Part shown: positions 53,606 to 64,000 of the stretch, piece after piece
Layout: each line of letters starts with the position of its first letter
How positions within the stretch are numbered: position 1 is the first letter of the stretch
From: Octopus sinensis
Lineage: Eukaryota
NCBI RefSeq assembly: GCF_006345805.1
Contig: NC_043018.1
Coordinates: forward strand, 19,468,001 to 19,532,000
DNA: 64,000 bases
Reading direction: 5' to 3'
Translations under genes and position numbers: made by a program
The notes under the pieces: generated by a model
The model's database searches: none
Seen by the model: only the letters and a program-made list of their open reading frames with translations
What the model was told of the DNA's origin: nothing

Positions 53606-54092
53606 AAAATCGCCAATATATATATATATATATAGATACATACATATACGTGGAAGGTTGAAAAGTAACACATGAGTTGATACGTATAAGGAAAATAGGA
53701 CAAGATAGAAAATGCTAAAATAATTTAATCATAACAAACATTTTAGTGCCGGTTTCAGTCTTTGCGATTTTTTCAACTTAGAGTAAAGTATGTAAAATGA
53801 TTAAATTGAGGAAAAATGAAATGAAAGGTTTTTTAAAAAATATTTCCATTATTTTCAAAGAGGTGGGACATTTTCCTTTTTCCTGTCTCTCTTTCACTTT
53901 TGTGAAGGCTTGGTATGTAGGTAGTGGAGAGAGAAACAGAAAAAAGGAAAATGTCCCACTTATTTGGTAACTGTGGAAACACCTTAAAAAACATTTCATT
54001 AAATTTCTCCGCAATTTAATTGTTTTTTGTGCTAAGTCACAAAGACTGAAACTGTTCATCATGATAAAATTATTTTAGCATTTTCTACCTTA

Positions 54093-54309
54093 TGACTGCG
54101 TGTGTACCGTTGGCGATTTTTTTTCCTCTGTCTTCCCTTCTCTGGATCTTTCCTTCTCCTATGTTTCCGCCAAAGAGCTCCACTCGAAACGTTAAACCCT
54201 CCTTCTTTCCTGAAGCATCCAATAATACTATATTTGTTCCATGTCCTCGTGTTGTTGGGTTTTTGTGCTTTCATGTTTGGATTAACTTTATATATACATA
54301 TATACATGC

Positions 54310-54352
<43 letters not shown>

Positions 54353-54603
54353 TAAATAGGTATATATACATATTTATATATATATATATATATATATAAA
54401 GTTAATCCAAACAAGAAAGCACAAAAAAACACCACAACGAGAGGACGTGGAACAAATATAGTATTATTGGATGCTCAGGAAAGAAGGAAAGAAGGAGGGT
54501 TTAACGTTTCGAGTGGAGCTCTTTGGCGGAAACATAGGAGAAGGAAAGATCCAGAGAAGGGAAGACAGAGGAAAAAAAATCGTCAACGGTACACACACGG
54601 TCA
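54093..54603. mobile_element. Inverted pair of family III units around a (TA)n spacer
   Basis: 54093-54295 (+) and 54392-54603 (-) are reverse complements apart from a few differences. Confidence 0.9.
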
Positions 54604-54730
54604 TATATATACATATTTATATATATATAAACATACATACACTTATATATATATACACATATATTGTATATACATCTACACATGAATTTATATAGATATA
54701 TATGTGAGTATATGTGCATCTATGTATATG

Positions 54731-54778
<48 letters not shown>

Positions 54779-55905
54779 GTATACATACATATATATATAG
54801 ATATATACGTGAGTATATGTGCATGTATGTATGTGAATGTATGTATGTATTTATCTATCTATCTATCTATCTACATATATATATATATATATAATTACAT
54901 ACATATATAGAAACATATATGTGTGTATGAGTCTAGTGTGTGTGCTTCTTGTATATAAATATAGTTAATTACCAAACAGTGAAAAACTTCACTATCTATC
55001 TTTGATTGTCAAATGTTAATTCAGGACAACAAAACAATTATAGTTTGTCTTATTTTCCTTTTCACCATTTTTTTTTTCTTTTTTGGAGAAGCCAAACTAA
55101 TGTTTGTTGTACCATTAAGTCACAGACTTGTAAGCAACTAACACAACAAAAATAAATTCATGAAAAAAAAAAACAACTCAAAAGCAAGATAAAACAATGC
55201 ATAACTCAATAAATAGATAGCAATTTCAAAACAAAAAAATGACAAGAATTCAAAATATATATTTGAGATGAAACTGAAGAATTAGAAATTTTTACCATTC
55301 TAACACAGACTGTGTCAAGAGATATAAAATTCTGTCTGATCATATATTTATTAAGCTTTAGATGCTATCATTATACTAAACAATTAGCCATCCAACCTGA
55401 AAAAACGCAGAAACACCTTACATTGAAGATAATTCTTGGATGATTATAAAACTTTTCTATTGAGCTTTTTCTTGATTCATTATTTATTTACTAAATATTA
55501 TTTGTTTTTCTAATCTTGTCATCATTGTTATTGTTGTGTTGTTGATGCTGTTATTATTATTATTTTCATCATCATTATTATTCATCATCATCATCATCAT
55601 TAAACGTCTGCTTTCCATGCTAGCATGGGTTGAACGATTTGACTGAGGTCTGGCGAACCAGACTCCAATCTGATCTGGCAGGGTTTCTACAGCTGGATGC
55701 CCTTCCTAACGCCAACCACTCCGAGAGTGTAGTGGGTGCTTTTATGTGCCACCGGCACAAGGTCCAGTTTGGTGGTACTAGCAACAGTCATATCCTAATG
55801 GTGCTTTCTACGTGCCACCTGCACAGGAGCCAGTCCAGCGGAACTGGCAACAACCTCGTTCAAATATTTCACATGCCACCAGTACAAGTGCTAGTAAGGT
55901 GATGC

Positions 55906-55947
<42 letters not shown>

Positions 55948-56305
55948 TCTACTATTATTTCTGTTATTATTATCGTTATTATCTTCTCTCATTTCTGTTT
56001 TCATTTCTTGCCGAGTGTCTTCTTAACACCTAGGGCAGAGAAACGCCCTGTATACATTGGTAGGCCATTAGAATAAACACACACAGCAGATTGTTCATTT
56101 ACAAAGTCATGTGATAGAGAAAAAAAGGGAGAAAGATAGAGGGGGCAATAAATGTAAACAAGGAAATAAATGTAAACAGCGGTGGTGCCCCAGCATGGCC
56201 GCGGCCTTTGGGCTAAAATATTTTTAAGGATTTAAGGAAAATAAAGAGTAAAAAAGGCAAGAAAATTCCCAGAGACAATGCTCTTTTCGTTTTTTGATCA
56301 TTCCA

Positions 56306-56384
<79 letters not shown>

Positions 56385-56394
56385 TTGATTATTA

Positions 56395-56562
56395 TGGAAT
56401 GAAGTTAAAATAATGGACAGAGAACACCACTGGAAAATACGAAAACTAAAAGAAGCAGCACATATGCTAGGACACAACAACCTCCTAAGCAGACCGAGTG
56501 CAGATATGAATAGCATATGGGAACCGGTATTAAGGAAGGATAGGAGAATATTAGATTTATAA
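56395..56562 (+). pseudogene. Penelope-like element GIY-YIG endonuclease C-terminal fragment
   Basis: WNEVKIMDREHHWKIRKLKEAAHMLGHNNLLSRPSADMNSIWEPVLRK* matches the W..KILD.E..W..RK.KEA.HI...N.LNR C-terminal pattern of PLE ORFs; abuts (TAT)n(TAG)n. Confidence 0.72.
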
Positions 56563-57120
56563 GCCCTAAAATTCATTCCATAATTGCCCATTGGCATATG
56601 GCGTAGAGTTTTAGAGCGTGGGCTAACTAACCCTAAGATTTCGAGTTCAATTCCAATAATAATAATATATTTCTTTATTACCCATAAGGGGCTAAACATA
56701 GAGGGGACAAACAAGGACAGACAAAGGGATTAAATCGATTACATCGACCCCAGTGCGTTACTGGTACTTAATTTATCGACCCCGAAAGGATGAAAGGCAA
56801 AGTCGACCTCGGCGGAATTTGAACTCAGAACGTAACGACAGACGAAATACTGCTAAGCATTTTGCCCGACGTGCTAACGTTTCTGCCAGCTCAATAACAA
56901 CATTTAAGGGGAAAGGCAGTGCCCATGGCTCTTTCAGGGCCTCCAAGACTAGTGGAGAAGTGTTGGGGAAGAGAGAAGATGTTATCCTCAAACCAGGCCA
57001 CTGGTTTCAATGCCATAGACAATGAATTGTATCCTTGAGCAAGGCTTTTCATTTCACATTGCTTCAATGGGTATCTGTTTATGACTGTGTTTTTGAAAGA
57101 GTCATGGGCACTGCCTTTCA

Positions 57121-57260
57121 CCAAGACACCTGATGAAGGCTGGAGGGTATATCAGCTGAAACGTTGTGTTAACAACAAACATGATAAGGATAAATATCTG
57201 TTGAATGTAAATAATGTAAATAATGTAAGTAATTCCTCATGTCTTAAATATAGAACTGTA
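57121..57260 (+). mobile_element. Family II unit, hammerhead with G.U at the base of helix II
   Basis: GACAC-CTGATGA-A-GGCTG..CAGCT-GAAA-CGTT-GTGTT. Confidence 0.72.
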
Positions 57261-58568
57261 TAAAAACTGGTGGCATGAAGCTTAAGTTCACGCCAACCTT
57301 TCTATAGGGAATGTCTTGGTGGGGGGGGTATGAAATAAAACAAGAATAGAGGATGAGGTAGAATGGGTAGCTTTAGAATAGGGGGTGGAGGAAGAGGAGG
57401 AGAATAAGTATAAGATGAAGAAGAGGAAGATGAAGAAAGTGAAAAGGTGAAGAAGAAAAGGTAAGAGTAGAATGAGGAGGAGGAAGAGGTGTTAGAGATA
57501 ATTGGCTAAAATTAAATTCGGTGATTCTATGTAAAGGCTAATTTGATGTATGTGGAGTGGAGCTCCAAGTTCTGAGATTTGACAATATCTTGGCACGGAC
57601 GAAGGAAAACGAAAACAATAAAAGACGTATATTGTCGTGTTGGTGTGAAAAACTACCAAGACACAAACATAGTAAAAAAAAAAAAAAAATGGTTTTTTCA
57701 AAGAAATATTGTGAGATAAAGAATGTCCAGAACAACGAATGTCTGGAGCAAACGAATGTCTGGAGCAAACGAACAAAAACATCGTTAAAGACCCGTATTG
57801 ATTGTTGCCGTTCTTGTTTGTTTGTTTGTTATTGTTTCCTCAGAATCGTGTTTAGATGTTGAATGGTATTTTTTATGGTAACTTTTATCTGTATCAGTCA
57901 TAAGGCTGTGGCCATACTGGAGCACTGCCTTTTAGCCTTTTTTTAGTTTAATGAATCAACTCCACTACTTGGTTTTTTTTGGGGTTGTTTTTTTTTATAT
58001 TAAAGCCTGGTACTTATTATATTCATCTCTTTTGCTGGACTGCTGAGTTATGGGGATGTAAACAAACAAACATCAGTTATCGAGTGGTAGTGGGGGACAA
58101 ACGTAGACACAAAAACACACGCATAAACAGATACTCATTGAAGCAATGTGAAAGAAAAGACTTGCTCAAGGGTACAATTCATTCCCTATGGCATTGAAAC
58201 CAGTGACCTGGTCTGAGGATAATGTCTTCTCTCTCCCCCAACACTCCCCCACTAGTCTTGGAAGCCCTGAAAGAGTCATGGGCACTGCCTTTCTCCTGAC
58301 CCAAAATAAAGAAAAATATGTATTTGCATGGTTATATGATAAGAAGTTTGTTTCTCAATCACATGGTTCCAGGTTCAATCCCACAGCATGGCACCTCGGG
58401 CAAGTGTCTTCTACTATAGCCTTGGGCTGACCAAAGCCTTGTGAGTGGATTTGGTGGATGGAAACTGAAAGAAGCCTATGGTATGAGCGTGTGTGAATGT
58501 GCCTTTGTGTTTGTATTTGTTCCCCCACCACCACTTGACAACCAGTGTTGGTGTGTTTACATCCCTGT

Positions 58569-58896
58569 GAGGGCGCGTGGATTAGTGGTTAGGGCATTCG
58601 GCTCATGATCGTAAGGTTGTGAGTTCGATTCCCGGCGACGCGTTGTGTCCTTGAGCAAGACACTTTATTTCACGTTGCTCCAGTCCACTCAGCTGGCAAA
58701 AATGAGTTGTACTTGTATTTCAAAGGGTCAGCCTTGTCATTCTCTGTGTCACGCTGATTATCCCCGAGAACTACGTTAAGGGTACACGTGTCTGTGGAAT
58801 GCTCAGCCATTTGCACGTTAATTTCACGAGCAAGCTGTTCCGTTGATTCGTATCAGCTGGGACCCTCGTCGTCGTAACCGGCGGAGTCTTTTTTAA
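58569..58896 (+). mobile_element. tRNA-derived SINE (CORE-like head H1 + tail T1) nested in a family-A SINE
   Basis: 14-bp target-site duplication GTTTACATCCCTGT at 58555-58568 and 58897-58910; A and B boxes present. Confidence 0.9.
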
Positions 58897-59566
58897 GTTT
58901 ACATCCCTGTAACTCAGCAGTTCAGCAAAAGAGACCGATAGAATAAGTTGCAGGCGTAAAAAAAAAAAGAGTCATGGGGTCGATTTGTTCGACTAAAATT
59001 CTACAACGCAGTATATGTCCGGTCCCCAGCATAGCTACAATTTAGTGACTGAAACAAGTAAAAGATAAAAAATTTTTTTTTAAATATATATATACACAAA
59101 ACAAATTCTTGGCAACAATCCAATAAAAAGGGTAGGATTTGATCCCCCGACTCAGATTGTTAATCCAAGAATCATTTGATTTATCCCTTCAGCATTCGGA
59201 TTACTGTCAAATGTAATGTTTATTTATTCGCATTGTTTTGGATTATTCATGGATTATCTCATAGCTTTGAGATATCAATTATATTTTTTCTTTTATTTGT
59301 TTCAATCTCTTGAGTGTGGCCATGCTGGGGCACTGCCCTGAAGGAATGGTATTAAGTTTTTTTTTTAAAAACTGTTAGATGTAAGGGTTAGAAAGAGAAG
59401 GGGCAAAGGAAAGAAAAAAAAAGCAGAAAACTAATAAGGAGAAATATAGAGCGATATGTGAATTAAAATAAAAGCTTAAAGGCTTGGAAATAGATATGTC
59501 TAGTGGAAGTGAAATGTAAGAAGAAAATCAATGTTCAAATTATATATAATGGTAGATATAAGTATG

Positions 59567-59597
<31 letters not shown>

Positions 59598-59612
59598 CAT
59601 ATATATATATAA

Positions 59613-59698
<86 letters not shown>

Positions 59699-59707
59699 CA
59701 TATATAT

Positions 59708-60013
59708 ATCACTGTGACCGACCAGGCTGTCAGATGTTGCTACACATCGCTGGTCACAATGTGCTTCGCATTGTTTTAGCCTTCAAATGACGCCACTCCG
59801 CTGGCTAAGCGAGCAGGCCAACAGAAGAAAGAGTGGGAGAAAGTCATGGCGAAAGAGTACAGCAGGGGCCACTGCTACCCCCTGTCGGAGCCTCGTGGAG
59901 CTTTAGGTGTTTTCACTCAATAAACACTCACAACGCCCGGTCGGGGAATCGAAACTGCGATCCTACGACCACGAGTCGGCTACCCTAACCGCTGGGCCAT
60001 TATTGTGCCTCCA
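59708..60013 (-). mobile_element. tRNA-derived SINE (head H2 + tail T2)
   Basis: 5' ~190 bp matches the 46119-46502 element; 3' part is unrelated. Confidence 0.8.
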
Positions 60014-60031
60014 TGTATATATATATATATG

Positions 60032-60071
<40 letters not shown>

Positions 60072-60889
60072 GTCTTCCATGTACTTGGTGACCCTGTCAG
60101 TGCTGGTGCCACTTAAAAGCACCCGGTCCACACTGTAAAGTGGTTGGTGTTTGGAAGGGCATCCAGCCGTAAAAATCCTGTCAAAACACTCACAGAAGTC
60201 TGGTGCAGGCTTCTGCCTGGCCGGAAAGCAGACATTAAACGATGATGATGATGAATATGTATTAAATAAATATATTAAGGAGAACAGAGATTTATATATC
60301 CAGTTTTATTCTGCTATCAATCACGTCTTTCCACTTCTGCACCTACATACGTTTCTGCTGCAATTTGGTGCACACTGCAACATTTTGCCTCTTGGTGTGC
60401 TTTCTAGTGTTAATGCACATACTCACATATACACACACATATTCACATACACACATATACACACACATGCATACACGTACTCACAAATACACACACATGC
60501 ATACACGTACTCACAAATACACACACGTGCATATATATGCTCACAAATACACACACATGCACATACACAAACACATGCATATACATACATGTACACATAC
60601 ACACACATACACACATATACACATGTATACACATACACACATACACACATGTACACATACATACTAAGGAATACACATACACACACACAAATATACATAC
60701 CCATGTATACACATACATACACACACATGTACACATACACACATATATAATATACACAAACACATGCATTATACACAAACACACTCATACACACCCATAC
60801 ATATGCACACATAAATACACATACACACATACAATATACGCAAAACACATACATACGCATACATACATGTACACATATATACATATATA

Positions 60890-62220
60890 CATCATCATCA
60901 TCATCATCATCATCGTTTAGCGTCTGCTTTCCATGCTAGCATGGGTTGGACGGGTCAACTGGGGTCTGTGAAGCTGGAAGGCTTCGTCAGGCCCAGTCAG
61001 ATCAGGCAGTGGTTCTACAGCTGGATGCCCTTCCTAACGCCAACCACTCCGCGAGTTTAGTGGGTGTTTTTTACGTGCCACCTGCACAGGTGCCAGACAG
61101 AGCTGGCGAACGGCCACGAACGGATGGTGATTTTACGTGTCACCGGCACGGGGGCCAGGCGATGCTGGCAACGGACATGAACAGATGGTGCTTTTACGTG
61201 CCACCGACACGGGGCCAGACAGAGCTGGCAACCGGCCACGAACAGACGGTGCTTTTACGTGTCACCGGCACGGGGGCCAGCCGAGGCTGGCAACGGACGC
61301 GAACGGATGGTGCTTTTACGTGCCACCGACACGGTTGCCAGACAGAGCTGGCAAACGGCCACGAGCGGATGGTGCTTTTACGTGTCACCGGCACGGGGGC
61401 CAGTCGAGGCTGGCAACGGACACGGACGGATGGTGCTTTTACGTGCCACCGACACGGGGCCAGACAGAGCTGGCAAACGGCCACGAACGGATGGTGCTTT
61501 TACATGCCACCGACACGGGGCCAGGCAGAGCTGGCAAACGGCCATGAGCGAATGGTGCTTTTACGTATCACCGGCACAGGTGCCAGACGAGGCTGACGGC
61601 AGACACGAACGGATGGGTCACTTAACCCCTGCTTTCTGATATATGATTTGATTTTGATTGTTCTCACTTGTCTTGCCGGGTCTTCTCACGCACAGCATAC
61701 TTCCATAGGTCTCGGTCTCTGGTCATTTCCTTGGTGAGACCTAGAGTTCGAAGGTCGTGCTTCACCACCTCGACCCAGGTTTTCCTGGGTCTACCTCTTC
61801 CACAGGTCCCCTCAACTGCCAGGGTGTGGCACTTTTTCACACACCTATCTTCATCCATTCTCACCACATGACCATACCAGCGCAATCGTCTCTCTTGCAC
61901 ACAACATCTGATTCCTCTTAGGTCCAACTTTTCTCTCAAGGTACTTACACTCTGTCGACTATGAACACTGACATTACACATCCAACGGAGCATACTAGCT
62001 TCATTTCTCGCGAGCTTACGCATATCCTCAGCAGTCACGGCCCATGTTTCACTGCCATGTAGCATGGCTGTTCATACACATGCATCATACAGTCTGCCTT
62101 TTACTCTGAGCGAGAGGCCTTTAGTCACCAACAGAGGTAAGAGCTCCCTACACTTTGCCCAGGCTATTCTTACTCTAGCCGTTACACTTTCAGCACACCC
62201 ACCCCCACTACTGACTTGGT
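60890..62220 (-). mobile_element. 5'-truncated RTE LINE: ORF2 C-terminus, 3' UTR with 61-bp tandem array, (GAT)n tail
   Basis: QVSSGGGCAESVTARVRIAWAKCRELLPLL..LYDACV*TAMLHGSETW..RRLRWYGHVVRM..GRGRPRKTW..DRDLWK*; one in-frame TGA; UTR repeats at ~61079-61615. Confidence 0.92.
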
Positions 62221-63590
62221 CATACACACATAATCACATACACACATACAATATACGCAAAAGACATACATACACATACATACATGTACACATATATACA
62301 TATATACATACACACATAATCACATACACACATACAATATACGCAAAAGACATACATACACATACATACATGTACACATATATACATATATACATACACA
62401 CATAATCACATACACACATACAATATACGCAAAACACACACATACACATACATACATGTACACATATATACATATATACATACACACATACGATATACAC
62501 AAACACATACACACACGTACACACACGTACACACACGTACACACACGTACACACACACATACAAGCACGTACATATACATACACTAACTGAATGTAATTA
62601 ATTGGGGCCACTCAAAGCCGCCACCATAATCTGGACACCAGAATTACACCGACTGCAAATAAGTTAATCTTCCTTCCTCCGACCAAACCCCAAGAGACTA
62701 ATGGAATCAATCCGAAAGCTGCAAACAGGTCATCCGTATGAATAATACAGGCTTTAATCAGAGTTCGTTAGCAAAAATATGTTACTGATTAATTTTTACA
62801 TTCTAGATGACATTTCGAATTGATCCATTTAACAATATGATTTTATACTGCTAAATATCTTATTTCGATATTTATTAGAATGGCACTGGTTGGTTGGTTG
62901 GTTGGTTGGTTTGTATGCTGGTCGCTTCGTTGTCTGGTATGTTGATGACCTATCAGTCTCTGCCTGTCCATCTCTGCTTGTATCTCTCTCTCTCTCTATC
63001 TATCTATCTGTCTCTCTCTCGCTGTCTGCTTGGCTGGCAAATGTCAGCACTTGACACAACTGTCTGGCTCTGAAAAAAAAATACACACACACACACACAC
63101 ACAATTGCCATTGTATAATATATATAAAGAGAGTATTCTTTAATTCTTTAATTCTTTAATTCTTTGATTCTTTGATTCTTTGACTAGTTTTCACTCACTG
63201 GACTGTGGCCATGTTGGGGCAATGCTATCAGAGCTTTCGGCAAACAAATCAACCTCTGTACTTGTTTTTAAAAACTTTTTAAAGCCTGGTACTTGTTCTA
63301 TCAGTCTCGTTTTGCTGAACTGTTAAGTTATAGGATGTAAACAAACTAACACTGGTTCTCAAGCAGTGGTGGGGCAATCAGACACTCAGAACATACACAC
63401 AGAGATATATACATACATAGATATATGAATACATATTGTATATATATATCTGTTTATGCAAATATCTATGTATGTATATATGCATGTAAATATATATCTA
63501 AGCATGTATATACCTATGTATATATATATATCTACATATGTATATATCTATGTATGGATATATCTATGTACACATATATATATGTGCATG

Positions 63591-63621
<31 letters not shown>

Positions 63622-63693
63622 TGTCTGTATATCTACCTTCTCTATAATGTTGCCACTTGATATGAAAATTTTTGTATTAATGGAAAACCTCTA

Positions 63694-63786
63694 TAATTGG
63701 CTGATGAGTGCTCAGCATTTTAAAACTGTTGTAATACTTACAACATTTAATAAAATGATGTAGTACGAAACGATCGTACCAAATTA
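63694..63786 (+). ncRNA. Type I hammerhead ribozyme motif with long helix II (family I), in a ~295-bp unit (63621-63915) between (TA)n tracts
   Basis: UAAUUGG-CUGAUGA-GUGCU..AGUAC-GAAA-CGAUCG-U-A-CCAAAUUA: canonical core, G10.1-C11.1, extended hairpin in helix II, palindromic ACGAUCGU helix III, triplet GUA. Confidence 0.78.
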
Positions 63787-63912
63787 CCGGTGTCATTCTT
63801 GTTGCTTATTTTGATTATAATCACTCCACGGATTTTTATGGATAACACCATATAGAATTCTGGTGCATCTAAATTAAGTACCATATTCATTTGAATCTAA
63901 ATTTTTGCTGAA

Positions 63913-63946
<34 letters not shown>

Positions 63947-64000
63947 CATCATCATCACCATCGTTTAACACCTGCTTTCCATGCAAGCAAAGAGTTGGAC

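Noticed and set aside
53740-53778. Fifth hammerhead-like motif (..GACT-GAAA-CCGG)
   Set aside because: The CUGANGA half is too decayed to support a call.
8267-63763. Poly-HT, CV, YI, LSIY, poly-Q/D/L ORFs throughout the track
   Set aside because: Translations of di-, tri- and tetranucleotide microsatellites.

Overview
Eukaryotic, AT-rich, repeat-saturated DNA. The SINE, LINE and MITE families and the microsatellite load look like an octopus (coleoid cephalopod) genome; this is recognised from memory, not from a search. No protein-coding gene can be confidently identified, and nearly all ORF-track entries are translations of microsatellites or repeats. Contents: a >5.4-kb 67-bp satellite that runs into, and is homologous to, the 3' UTR of an RTE LINE; RTE, Tx1/L1-clade, R4/Dong-like and Penelope (GIY-YIG) retroelement fragments; three Tc1/mariner remnants; TTAA (piggyBac-type) MITEs; Helitron/Helentron-like non-autonomous elements; several modular tRNA-derived SINE families; and many micro- and minisatellites. 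The most notable signal is four unrelated ~200-300-bp repeat units, mostly embedded in AT-rich microsatellites, each carrying a minimal type I hammerhead ribozyme motif with a palindromic helix III. Two copies look structurally intact (63694-63786 +, 47881-47926 -). All ribozyme calls are manual folds; activity is untested.
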